Assembly (NCBI GenBank): GCA_963662305.1
Contig: OY759352.1
Span: 818,746-882,745, forward strand
DNA: 64,000 bases
Reading direction: 5' to 3'
Source of the DNA: Desulfarculia bacterium
Lineage (GTDB): Bacteria; Desulfobacterota; Desulfarculia; G963662305
Shown: piece by piece, positions 1 through 9,123 of the stretch
Layout of the letters: each line of letters begins with the position of its first letter
Numbering within the stretch: position 1 is the stretch's first letter
Translations under genes and position numbers: made by a program
Notes under the pieces: generated by a model
Seen by the model: only the letters and a program-made list of their open reading frames with translations
What the model was told of the DNA's origin: nothing
Databases searched by the model: none

Positions 1-630
1 CAGGGCTTTGATCAGCTCCTCCGCATTGCGGGCCTCCAGCAGCATTCCGCCCGAGGGCTCGGTGAGGCACTTGAGCTTGGCCATCTCCTCTTTTTTCAAG
101 TCAAAGCCGACCACATGGAGGGTGATGTCAAGACCGGCCTCGGCCAGTTCCCGGGCCAAACGGCAGGGGTCGCCGCCGCAGGTCTCCAGGCCGTCAGTGA
201 TTATAACCACGCTCCGGACCCGCGGGGTCTTCAGGTCGAAATCGCGGCCGGCCTCCCCCAGGGAGAAGGCCAGGGGGGTGTACCCCTGGGGTTTGATCCT
301 CTTCAGCAGGCTTCTTATCCTGGACGGGTCCACCCGGCCGAAGGGGATCTCCAGCCTGCTGTCCCGGCAGTTTTTCTCTTTGGTGGGGTACTGGTGGCCG
401 TATATCCGGAGGGCCAGAGCCAGATCGCTCCGGGAGGAGATCTGGTCCGCCAGCTTGAGCAGGGTCTGCTCCGCGATCTCCATCTTGGTCTGACTGCCGA
501 TCCGGCCCCGCATGGAGCCCGAGGCGTCCAGGATTATCTCCAGGTCCTGGGTTACCTCCGAGGCCGAAAAGACGGGGCCGGCGGCCGCTGCCACAACCAG
601 GCCCAGTATCAGGGCGACGATTCTATTCAT
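1..630 (-). CDS. Exported von Willebrand factor A (VWA) domain protein, partial (runs off left edge)
   Basis: Not in ORF track; manual minus-strand translation from ATG at 630 (RBS AGGGGGAG): MNRIVALILGLVVAAAAGPVFSA signal peptide, then LEIILDASGSM (MIDAS DxSxS), GYTPLA, VVIITDGLETCGGDPC, LHVVGF. Confidence 0.85.
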   Translation of the reverse strand, partial: MNRIVALILGLVVAAAAGPVFSASEVTQDLEIILDASGSMRGRIGSQTKMEIAEQTLLKLADQISSRSDLALALRIYGHQYPTKEKNCRDSRLEIPFGRVDPSRIRSLLKRIKPQGYTPLAFSLGEAGRDFDLKTPRVRSVVIITDGLETCGGDPCRLARELAEAGLDITLHVVGFDLKKEEMAKLKCLTEPSGGMLLEARNAEELIKAL

Positions 631-669
631 GGCTCCCCCTCGTAATAGGACGGGTTCCGCGGGACCCGG

Positions 670-1233
670 TTATTTCGCCTTCAGACGCGGCAGGATGTAT
701 TTCCTGGCAACGGCAAGAGACTGATCCTTGCGGTAGGCGGATACTTTCCGGTCCAACTCGGCCCTGTCCGGGGCCGACATTTTGGTGAGATCCTTAATCT
801 CCAGAGTGAGGTAAAGATCGCCCACCAGGAAGTGGAGGGTGTCGCTGCCGGGGGTCCATTTGGCCTCATCGCCCAGGCCGGGGACAACTTCCACCTGTCC
901 GCTCCTCCGGGCCTTGAAAAATTTCTCGAAAAAAGCCCTGGGTGAGTCGAAGAGGCTGTCGTTCTCCTTCATGGTTTGGGTATCGTAGACGATTATCCTG
1001 ATGGTTCCGACCCCGCCCCGCTGGGACAGGGGGGCCGCGGTCCGATAGAGGCAGCTCCGGCCGACCGCCATGCCTCGGACCAGTTTTGGCCGGGGAGCGG
1101 CGACCTCTTCGCCCAGAATCTGTCGGGCCTCCTCTCCGGTGATCAAGCTGCAAGGCTCGGTCGGGCCGATGCCGGCCGCCACGGCCGGCCAGAGAATTAA
1201 AAGGCTCATGCACAGAAGTCTCAAGAAATTCAT
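670..1233 (-). CDS. Hypothetical exported protein
   Basis: ATG at 1233 after AGGAGG; signal peptide MNFLRLLCMSLLILWPAVAA; PCSLIT..EA..ILG and a second Cys (SCLY) reminiscent of DUF3558-like exported proteins; co-oriented with VWA gene. Confidence 0.65.
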   Translation of the reverse strand: MNFLRLLCMSLLILWPAVAAGIGPTEPCSLITGEEARQILGEEVAAPRPKLVRGMAVGRSCLYRTAAPLSQRGGVGTIRIIVYDTQTMKENDSLFDSPRAFFEKFFKARRSGQVEVVPGLGDEAKWTPGSDTLHFLVGDLYLTLEIKDLTKMSAPDRAELDRKVSAYRKDQSLAVARKYILPRLKAK

Positions 1234-1513
1234 CAGTTGGCCCCTCCTATTGACTGTTGTTCCAAACCCTACCCGTTTCCTCAAATCCTTTAACAGAGCC
1301 TCGGTTTCAGCGCGGGGGTGTCCCGGATGAAACAGCGCGGCCGGCCGATCAGGCCGGGGGAACCGGCAAACCCAGGCCATTAAACCAATTTTTTCACGGC
1401 AAAACAACCTGATCTGCAGCCGGCGCTGTTTCGGGCCGGGAAAGAGACGGCCCTTTGTCCCGGCGATTCCGGCCCGGCCTCTCCCCCTTCTAAACGGAAG
1501 ATTGTTTTTTGTA

Positions 1514-1545
1514 TTGACTGACCGGCCTAAATAATTCTATATATT
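1514..1545 (+). promoter_or_regulatory. Possible sigma70 promoter for crystallin-repeat gene
   Basis: TTGACT (1514-1519) followed ~18 bp later by TATATA/TATATT in an AT-rich patch. Confidence 0.35.
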
Positions 1546-1612
1546 GATTAATAAGAATTCGTCCCACAATATGTGGGTTTTATAAACTCGATTGTATTGG
1601 GGGAGATACAAG

Positions 1613-3058
1613 ATGAGACGATTTTTCTTAAAAGCCTTGATTTCGGTCCTTGTCCTGGTCTTTCTGGGAACCCCGGGAACAGCCCGGGCCATCCAGGTGA
1701 AGATTGTCGGGGCCGACGGAATCGCCCGGGACGCCGGTTCGGTGACCCTTTACGAGGGGACCGGCTACACGGGCAACGGTGCCTCATTTCTGGACAGCGA
1801 TCCCAACCTGTGGGACAACGGCATCAATCCGGACGGCATCTCCTCCATCCAGATCAGCGGCAACCTCAAGGTCACCCTTTACAGCGACACCGGCTATTCA
1901 GGAAACGCGGCCTCCTTTTTCTCCTCCGACCCTGATATATCCGACAACGGCATGACCAGAGTCTCTTCCATCCTCATCGAGTATCTGGGCTCGACCCTCT
2001 CCGTGACCCTTTACCGGGACAGGGACTACGGCGGCAACGCCTCGACCTTCCTTTCCTCAGACCCCAACCTGGTGGACAACACGGTGGGGGACAACGAGGC
2101 CTCCTCCATCCTGATCAACGGCTCGGGCCAGGTGACCGTCTTCAGAGAGCCTGATTTTCGGGGCGACTCCGAGGTTTTCACCGTTTCAGACAGCAACCTC
2201 TCCGACAACGCGATCGGCAACGACACCATCTCCTCCCTGATCATCGAAGGCGGCGGCGGGGGCGGGACCGGTACGGTGACCCTCTACAACCAGGCCAATT
2301 ACGAGGGCACCTCAGCCACCTTTGCCGCCTCCGACCCTGATCTGGCCGACAACGACATCGGGGACAACACGGTTTCTTCTCTGGAGATCAGCGGATCGGC
2401 CGTGGTCACCCTGTTCGAACACCCGGACTACGCCGGCACCCAGGAGACCTTCACCGCCTCGGACCCGGATCTGTCCGACAACGCGATCGGCTCTGACACG
2501 ACCTCCTCCATCCAGATCGGCTTCGGTTCGTCGATAGTTCTTTATACCGATACGGATTACAAGGGGACCACCCAGACCATCTCCGAGGACATGCCCAGCC
2601 TCAGCGACCAGGAGGTCGGCGACAACACCGTCTCCTCGGTGGCCGTTCCCAGCGGGTCCCAGGCCATCCTCTACCGGGACGGCGATTACTCCGGAATCGC
2701 CGCGGTATTGGATCAAAGCGTGGCCAACCTGGACGAGACCGATGTCCGCCAGGATCAGCTCTCCTCGGTCAGAATCTTCGCCGGGCCCCTTGCGGTGGGC
2801 TGCGTTCTCTACAAACACTCCGATTATTATGGCGAAACCGAGACCCTCACCGCCTCCGATCCGGACCTGAGCGACAATCCGGTGGGCAGCGGGATCATCA
2901 CCTCCATTCGTCTCACCGGCGGGGCCATCGTGGAGCTGTATCCGGAGATCAATTACGGCGGACGGGGCGAAAGGCTCTACGCCTCCAACCGGGACTTGAG
3001 AAGCACGGAGATAGGCAACGACGGAATTATGTCCATCAAGATCCTGGGCGCGGAGTAG
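1613..3058 (+). CDS. Secreted betagamma-crystallin repeat protein (10 Greek-key motifs, ~5 domains), probable Ca2+ binding
   Basis: RBS GGGGAG + ATG 1613; signal peptide MRRFFLKALISVLVLVFLGTPGTARA; ten repeats of V-T-L-Y-x4-Y-x-G ... D/N-D/N-x-x-S-S-I-x-I. Confidence 0.85.
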   Translation: MRRFFLKALISVLVLVFLGTPGTARAIQVKIVGADGIARDAGSVTLYEGTGYTGNGASFLDSDPNLWDNGINPDGISSIQISGNLKVTLYSDTGYSGNAASFFSSDPDISDNGMTRVSSILIEYLGSTLSVTLYRDRDYGGNASTFLSSDPNLVDNTVGDNEASSILINGSGQVTVFREPDFRGDSEVFTVSDSNLSDNAIGNDTISSLIIEGGGGGGTGTVTLYNQANYEGTSATFAASDPDLADNDIGDNTVSSLEISGSAVVTLFEHPDYAGTQETFTASDPDLSDNAIGSDTTSSIQIGFGSSIVLYTDTDYKGTTQTISEDMPSLSDQEVGDNTVSSVAVPSGSQAILYRDGDYSGIAAVLDQSVANLDETDVRQDQLSSVRIFAGPLAVGCVLYKHSDYYGETETLTASDPDLSDNPVGSGIITSIRLTGGAIVELYPEINYGGRGERLYASNRDLRSTEIGNDGIMSIKILGAE

Positions 3059-3120
3059 TTCCGGTCCGGGGTCTGGTTTCACTCCCCTCTCGACCCTGGC
3101 CCCTCCTCTCCCTCCGGAAC

Positions 3121-3151
3121 GCCCCGCCGCTTGCGGCGGGGCGGACCTTTT
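3121..3151 (+). terminator. GC-rich hairpin downstream of crystallin gene
   Basis: GCCCCGCCGC-TT-GCGGCGGGGC inverted repeat followed by GGACCTTTT. Confidence 0.45.
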
Positions 3152-3243
3152 CCGGCCCGGTTGATGTTGACTCGGACCGGGGCGTCGTCTTAAAGTGACT
3201 CTTGGTCTGTCCGCCGGCTCCGCCATAACCCGTTAAGACGGAA

Positions 3244-3888
3244 TTGATAGTGCTTCTTCGCCGATCCGCCCTGTGGGCGGCCCTGGGAATCGGGATCGTA
3301 ATCGTCATCAGGACCTTGGGGGTCTTGACCCCGGCCCTGCTCCGGGCCTCTTCTCTGGTCGTCCGGCTTTCCGCGTTCCTTCTCCTGGCCTCCTCCCTGG
3401 CTTTGTTTCTCTTTTTTGTGGTGTTCCACAGACAAAATCCCTACGAGAGGGAGGAGGTCTTGACCCCCTCCTACCTGGCCGCCGTGGGAACGGGGATGGT
3501 CATCGTCCTTCACCTGAAGAACATCTTCCTGATTTACGGTTTTCATCCTCATTTTTTTTCGTCCTGGCCCAGGCAGCTGGAGGCCAGCATCCCCTGGGTG
3601 GCCGCTCTGTTCACCCTGGTTTATTTCTCCTCCTGGCCGGAGACCATGGCCGGAACCGGGGGTGAGGACAGAAGGAGATACGTTACCCCGGCCCTTTGGG
3701 GGGCGCTGATCGTGCTGCTGGTCCGGACCGTGGTCCTGATCAATTTTATTCTCAAGCCGGGCGTTCCCTGGTTCTCGGGCCTGCCCCGGCTGACGGCGGC
3801 GGTCCTGATTCCGGTCACAATCATCGGCTCGGGCCTGATCGTCCGTTTTTTACTTTGGATTTACCGCACCGGCGGCGGCCTCAAATAG
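3244..3888 (+). CDS. Hypothetical multi-pass membrane protein
   Basis: 214-aa ORF with ~6 hydrophobic segments; TTG start uncertain. Confidence 0.6.
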   Translation: MIVLLRRSALWAALGIGIVIVIRTLGVLTPALLRASSLVVRLSAFLLLASSLALFLFFVVFHRQNPYEREEVLTPSYLAAVGTGMVIVLHLKNIFLIYGFHPHFFSSWPRQLEASIPWVAALFTLVYFSSWPETMAGTGGEDRRRYVTPALWGALIVLLVRTVVLINFILKPGVPWFSGLPRLTAAVLIPVTIIGSGLIVRFLLWIYRTGGGLK

Positions 3889-4555
3889 GCTCGGAGAAAT
3901 CCCAGGGTTCCAGCCGGCCCTCCCGGAGGCGGACCGTACCTTCCACGATTCCTTCCAGCATGTCCCGACGGTGGGAGACGATGAGCATGGCCTGGTCCAG
4001 GTTTTGGAGGATCTCCCGGACCCTGGCCAGGGATTTTTCGTCCAGGCCCATGGCCGGTTCGTCCAGGAGCAGGACCAGGGGTTGCATGGCCAGGACCGCG
4101 GCCAGGGCCACCAGGCGTTTCTGCCCGCCCGATAAGCGGTAGGTGATCCGCTCCCCGTACCCGCCCAGGCCCAGGGATTCCAATGTCTCCAGGGCTATCT
4201 CCTTGGCCCTTTTGGGCCCCTTGCCCAGATTCAGGGGCCCGAAGGCCACATCCTCCAGCACGGTGGGGGAGAAAAGCTGATCCTCCGAATCCTGGAAAAG
4301 GAGCCCGGCCTTGGCCCGGACCTCCACGAAATCGGCCTCCTGCTTCCTTTCCCGGCCAAAGGCCAGGATGCTTCCGCCGGTGGGTTTGAGCAGGCCCACC
4401 ATGAGGTGGAGCAGGCTGGTTTTGCCCGAGCCGTTGTCCCCCACCAGGCCCAGGCGCTGGCCGGGGAAGAGATCTAAATCCAGATCACCGATGACCGTCC
4501 GGTCCGGGGAATAGGCGAAGCCGAGACTTCTGAGGCTGATCAGCGGTTCGGTCAT
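3881..4555 (-). CDS. cbiO: ECF (Co/Ni) transporter ATPase, CbiO-like
   Basis: Start MTEPLISL overlapping cbiQ stop; Walker A GDNGSGKT, FQDSEDQLF, LSGGQKR, LLLDEP, H-loop IVSH. Confidence 0.85.
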   Translation of the reverse strand: MTEPLISLRSLGFAYSPDRTVIGDLDLDLFPGQRLGLVGDNGSGKTSLLHLMVGLLKPTGGSILAFGRERKQEADFVEVRAKAGLLFQDSEDQLFSPTVLEDVAFGPLNLGKGPKRAKEIALETLESLGLGGYGERITYRLSGGQKRLVALAAVLAMQPLVLLLDEPAMGLDEKSLARVREILQNLDQAMLIVSHRRDMLEGIVEGTVRLREGRLEPWDFSEPI

Positions 4556-5301
4556 ACAAACTCCAGCCAGATCAGGGCGGCCCCGTACAGGACGGCCCCC
4601 CAGGCAAAGGCGCGGTCCCGGCCGTGGGTGTGGAAATGGTCCAGCATCCAGAACCGGCCGGTGAAGCCCCGGCACTTCATGGCCTGCATTATCCTCTCGG
4701 AGCGGTCCAGGGAGCGGATCAGCAGGACCGCCACCAGGTTGCCCAGGGTGCGGTAGGTGTGGCGATTCATCCCCACCCTGAAACAGCGGCATCTCATGGC
4801 CTGGCGCAAGCGCAGGTATTCGTGGTGGAGGACATCGATGTAGCGGACCGTGAAAAGGAACAGATGGATCAGCTTGTCCGGGACCTTTAGGTGGTTAAGG
4901 GCATGGCCCAGGGCCACGGTTTCGATGGTTGAGATCAGGGCGGTCAGGAGAATCACCACGGCGTTGCCCTTGGCCGTGATCGCCAGGGCCAAGATGAGCC
5001 CCTCCCGGGTGAAGGCCGCCGGCCCCAGCCGAAACAGGGGCGTTCCCGGCATGGAGAAGGGCACCAGAAGGAGGACCATGAGCATGAAGACGTTCAGTTC
5101 GATCAGCCGTCCCCAGACCACTCGCGGGCCCACTCGGGCCGTGATCAGCAAGGCCAGGGCCGCGGCCGACCCCAGACCGATGACCGGCCAGGAGTGGCTC
5201 AGGGCGACGATGATGGAGAGGCCGAACCCGGAGAGAATCCTGACCCTGGGGTCCAGAGCGTGGATAAAGGAGCGGCCCTGAAGGTGTTCGATAAGGTGCA
5301 C
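4552..5301 (-). CDS. cbiQ: ECF (Co/Ni) transporter T component, CbiQ-like
   Basis: Likely GTG start at 5301; SFIHALDPRVRI, LFTVRYI, RSLDRSERIMQAMKCRGF motifs. Confidence 0.85.
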   Translation of the reverse strand: MHLIEHLQGRSFIHALDPRVRILSGFGLSIIVALSHSWPVIGLGSAAALALLITARVGPRVVWGRLIELNVFMLMVLLLVPFSMPGTPLFRLGPAAFTREGLILALAITAKGNAVVILLTALISTIETVALGHALNHLKVPDKLIHLFLFTVRYIDVLHHEYLRLRQAMRCRCFRVGMNRHTYRTLGNLVAVLLIRSLDRSERIMQAMKCRGFTGRFWMLDHFHTHGRDRAFAWGAVLYGAALIWLEFV

Positions 5302-5410
5302 GGCCAGATGGTACCAGATAGGGACCGGCCCGGCAAACCGAGCGGCGGCGGGAATCATCTGAGGGGTCCCCAGCCCGGACCAACTGTGTTTCGCGGCGCT
5401 CACAAGCCGG

Positions 5411-5680
5411 ATGTGTTATAACCGAATCCGGGGAAAAGGGGGCCGCCGGAGTCAGCCTGGCGGTGCCGGTTCGGAATCGGGCAAGTCCGTCGGCTCGGTG
5501 GCCGTGGTTCCCCTGGCCATACCCATCTCGGCCGGACCGGTGTCCATCTCCTTGATCATCCTCTTTTCCGCCCGCTCCCCCTCCCTGACCCACGACCTGA
5601 TGGTCCTCATTCCCATCGCCTTGGTCTGCCTGATTCTGATGATAAGGCTGCTGGCCGCCCCGGCGCGGAGGCGGCTCTGA
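5411..5680 (+). pseudogene. Fragment of MarC-family membrane protein
   Basis: SVAVVPLAIPISAGPVSIS resembles the MarC VPLAIP..AGPG motif; only a central piece is present. Confidence 0.5.
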
Positions 5681-5711
5681 TTCGGGGTGTTTCCCGGTTT
5701 CGGCAGGGGGG

Positions 5712-7184
5712 TCAGTTCGGGCCGGATGATTTGCGGATGTCGATAATTCTGGAAGAGCCGGCATACTTCATGGTTTCGTACCTGGTTATGCCCTGGATCT
5801 TTTTGGTTATGGCCGCCATGCGGGACAGTTCCGCCATGATCGCCTCAGCCCTCCGGACCGTCTCCGCCCGGGCCATCCTATCCCCGGCCAAAAGTTCGGC
5901 CTGGCCGAACAGGACCTGGAGGGGCTGATTCAGTTCGTGGCAGGCCGCTCCGGCTATCTCAATGGCCCCTTCTATCCTGGCGCGCTCCCGGTTGCTCACC
6001 TCAGCCCTTTTCCGCTCGGTGATATCCATGGTCACCCCCACCACCCTGACCCTCCTCCTGCGCTGTTCCGGCCTGACCGTCCGGCCCAGGACCACCATCT
6101 CCTTCCAGTTACCGTCCGCGGCTTTGGCCCGGTATTCGAACTCGTAGTCGGAGATAGCGCCGCTGATCAGATCCTGGTAGACCTCCCGGAGGCGGACCAG
6201 GTCGTCGGGATGGATAAAGCCGGCCAACCACTTGCCCACTCCCTCGGGCCGGGGAACACTCCCGGGTTCTACCCCATGAAGGGTCAGCCAACTGGGGGAG
6301 ACGTATACGTCTTCCCTGATCGGCAGATTGTGCTCGAAGACCCCGGCTCTGCTTATCTCCACGGCCACGGCCAGCCGTTCCTCGCTGAGCCGGAGTTGTT
6401 CCTCGGCTTCGATCCTCAGTTCGATCTCCTCCTTGGCCAATCCCAGTTCTTCCTCCATCTCCATGAACCTGTTAATGATGGATAGAAGAGGACGGCTGCC
6501 AGGTTTGATCCCCTTGAGTTTTTCCTGCCAGGTCAGGTAGAGCCACAGCAAAGGCGCGGCGAAGAGGGGGATGATGGACCGGTTGAGAAAGGTTCCGCTC
6601 AGGGTGGACCAAAATTCGGGGCTGCCGGCAAAGGCGCCGGTGTTGAACAGAAGCACATCCAGCCACATCACTCCCAGAAGGGTGATGAAGGCGCTCAGGC
6701 CGGTATGGGCGTTCCCCAGCCTGGCATGAAAAAATTCCCAAGCCACGGCCAGTAAAACCAGATCGGCCAGGGTGGTCAGGACCGAGGCGGTGTTTATGCG
6801 CAGGCTGGGTAGGGGCACGTAGCCCAGGGGGGCGTAATTCATCAGTTTCATCTGAAGGTGGAGGCCCAGGGCGATGAGGGGCACCATGATCGAGACCCCG
6901 ACCACGGTGGAGATGGCGATTCTGGTGGCCCTGGGTCCGTCGAAGACATAGATCACAAAGACGCCCAGAAGGATGGCGGTGTAGAAGACGGTGGAACCCA
7001 CCAGGAAGGTGATTCCACCGGCCTTGACCGCGACTCCCGCGTCGGTGACCCAGGACATGACCGCGGTGAGGCCCCCCAGCAGGGCGTAAAAATGGGCCAG
7101 GCCGAAGCGGTGCCGCAGGGAGTGGGCTCCCAGGACCAGGCCGTAGACCGCAAAGGCTTCCAAGATAAGTATCCAGACCGCCAT
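5712..7184 (-). CDS. Membrane sensor: ~7-TM N-terminal domain + PAS + HisKA phosphoacceptor, no HATPase
   Basis: Hydrophobic first ~220 aa; PAS/PAC (IHPDD, EYR..DG, DITERKRAE); H-box ACHELNQPLQ; protein ends ~70 aa later with no N/G1/F/G2 boxes. Confidence 0.75.
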   Translation of the reverse strand: MAVWILILEAFAVYGLVLGAHSLRHRFGLAHFYALLGGLTAVMSWVTDAGVAVKAGGITFLVGSTVFYTAILLGVFVIYVFDGPRATRIAISTVVGVSIMVPLIALGLHLQMKLMNYAPLGYVPLPSLRINTASVLTTLADLVLLAVAWEFFHARLGNAHTGLSAFITLLGVMWLDVLLFNTGAFAGSPEFWSTLSGTFLNRSIIPLFAAPLLWLYLTWQEKLKGIKPGSRPLLSIINRFMEMEEELGLAKEEIELRIEAEEQLRLSEERLAVAVEISRAGVFEHNLPIREDVYVSPSWLTLHGVEPGSVPRPEGVGKWLAGFIHPDDLVRLREVYQDLISGAISDYEFEYRAKAADGNWKEMVVLGRTVRPEQRRRRVRVVGVTMDITERKRAEVSNRERARIEGAIEIAGAACHELNQPLQVLFGQAELLAGDRMARAETVRRAEAIMAELSRMAAITKKIQGITRYETMKYAGSSRIIDIRKSSGPN

Positions 7185-7283
7185 AAGGTCCTAAAGCTAC
7201 CACTTACAGACCCGCTTGCCAATCATCAGGTGTTTTTCCCGACAGGATAGGAAATGGGACAACAATGCCTTTATGCTACATGT

Positions 7284-8648
7284 TTATTTATTTTTCAAGG
7301 TTACGGCCTGAAGTCGGCGGAGTCTTTCTTCCGATAAATCGTAGCGCCTGATTACGGGCAGGCTGAGGATGAAAAGCAGGGCCGGAACAAGGGCGAAACC
7401 GACCAGGATTCCACCCAGGGCCGAAGGGGGCTGATCGAACTTCTGCCCGGCCACGGTCTCCACGAACCCGGACCAGTCCAGAACCGCTCCGGCCAGAAGC
7501 GCGCCCAGGGCCATGCCCGTCTTCTCCTGGGCGGTCCAGACCCCGGTGAAGATGCCCTCCCGCCGAAGTCCGGAATTGGCCGCGTCCACCTCGATGGTGT
7601 CGGGCAGCATGGAGAAGGGGAAGAGCTGGATTCCGGCGTAGGCCGTGCCGACCACGATCATCTGAAAGTAGAGGATTCCCGTCCGCTCGTTCGAGCCGAA
7701 GTACATGGAGGCCACGGCCAGCCCGAAGAGGAGGGAGGAGAGGAGGTAGGAACCCAATTTGCCCAAACGGCGGGAAAGGCGGACCCACAGGGGCATGAAA
7801 AAAATGGCCGGGAGCATGAGGCAGAGGAACATGACGGTCAGTTGGGCCTGGGAGCCCCCCAGGATGTATTTCATGTAAAAGGGGAGCATGGCCAGGGTGC
7901 AGCCCACTCCGATCTGCTGGGGAAAAAACCCGGCTACCAGAAGCAAAAAGGGCTTGTTTCGCAGGGCGACTTTAAACTGCTCCCGGAAAGGCATGGCCGT
8001 CTCCACCCGGTCCAGGAAGGGAGCCTTGGCGGTCCCCTTAAAGGACAGGAGCATGGCCGCCAGGCAGACTGCGGCCAGGGAGGAGGACATGACCGCATAG
8101 CCGGTCCGGCCCCCTCCGGCCAGGTCGATGATCAGCGGAGCTTCTCCCCCGGCCAGCAGAATACCCGCGGTCATGAAGACCATGCGGAAGCCCATGATGG
8201 TGGTCCGTTCCCGGTAGTCCGGGGTCATCTCCGCCGGCATGGCGATGTAGGGCACCTGGAACAGGGTGAATCCGGTGGCGGCCAGGATAAAGGCGACAAC
8301 CACATAGGCGAAGCCGTGGATGGGCGAGGAGAACTCCGGCACGGCGAAGAGAAGGGCGAAAAACAGGGGCAGGCTCAAGCTCCCGGCCAGGAGATAGGGC
8401 CTCCGCCGTCCCCAGGGGTGGCGAGTCCGGTCGGACAGGTTGCCCATCACCGGGTCGGTGATCACGTCCCAGAACTTGGGCAGAAAGACCCCCAACCCGG
8501 CCAGGGCGGGAGCTATTCCTAAGGTGTCGGTCATGAAGTAGAGCAACAGCAGCCCCGGAACCGCGGAGAACATGCCGGTGCCCAGGGAGCCGAGTCCGTA
8601 GCTGAGCCGGATGGATAAAGACAAGGCGGGGGGGCGTTCAGTTCCCAT
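7284..8648 (-). CDS. MFS transporter, glycoside-pentoside-hexuronide (GPH) family
   Basis: YGLGSLG, WDVITDPVMGNLSDRTRHPWGRRRPY, YIAMPAEMT..YRERT, MLPDTIEVD..RREG motifs; start at ATG 8648 assumed. Confidence 0.85.
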   Translation of the reverse strand: MGTERPPALSLSIRLSYGLGSLGTGMFSAVPGLLLLYFMTDTLGIAPALAGLGVFLPKFWDVITDPVMGNLSDRTRHPWGRRRPYLLAGSLSLPLFFALLFAVPEFSSPIHGFAYVVVAFILAATGFTLFQVPYIAMPAEMTPDYRERTTIMGFRMVFMTAGILLAGGEAPLIIDLAGGGRTGYAVMSSSLAAVCLAAMLLSFKGTAKAPFLDRVETAMPFREQFKVALRNKPFLLLVAGFFPQQIGVGCTLAMLPFYMKYILGGSQAQLTVMFLCLMLPAIFFMPLWVRLSRRLGKLGSYLLSSLLFGLAVASMYFGSNERTGILYFQMIVVGTAYAGIQLFPFSMLPDTIEVDAANSGLRREGIFTGVWTAQEKTGMALGALLAGAVLDWSGFVETVAGQKFDQPPSALGGILVGFALVPALLFILSLPVIRRYDLSEERLRRLQAVTLKNK

Positions 8649-9123
8649 TACATACCTCTCTGAAAAAAGGTGGGGCTGTTTCAATGGTTGTTTCTGCGCC
8701 ATCCCGGCTGGGCGCTTCGGCGCCCAACGACCCTTGTCTCCCGCCGCCGGGCCGGGCTCCCCTCTCTGCGGCGGAAAATTATGCCGGGGTTGCGGGGGAG
8801 CCGTTCGTCCAGAGCCCGAATCAAGAAAACCCCAACCAACGGGTTAAGATCAGCATCGCCCCTTTGTCCGGAGCAATAGGGCGGGGGAGTCCCTTTTGGT
8901 GTTGCCAAAGGGCCGATTCCAGGTTCGTCTTGCCTAGCCTCATTGGATTTGATAGGCTGGCCTCTTTCTTTGTTGCACCTGCTTGACGGAGCAACGGCTT
9001 AGCGAATGAATTTCGGCCGATAAGCCACCCGGCCGGATATTTGATTGAAATTAAACGGCATAGGAACGACTCCTGCTTTTGAGGATCCAAAAGTCATAAC
9101 GGGATACGATTGAGGAATTAGAC

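Noticed and set aside
8-724. Plus-strand ORFs at window start
   Set aside because: Antisense to the VWA gene on the minus strand, which the ORF track missed because it has no stop inside the window
1740-3050. DNA-level repeats (e.g. TCCGACAAC, GACAACAC) as a repeat array
   Set aside because: Explained by the coding crystallin repeats
5302-5410. Cobalamin riboswitch upstream of cbiQ
   Set aside because: No recognisable B12-box or conserved core seen by eye; an Rfam scan would be needed
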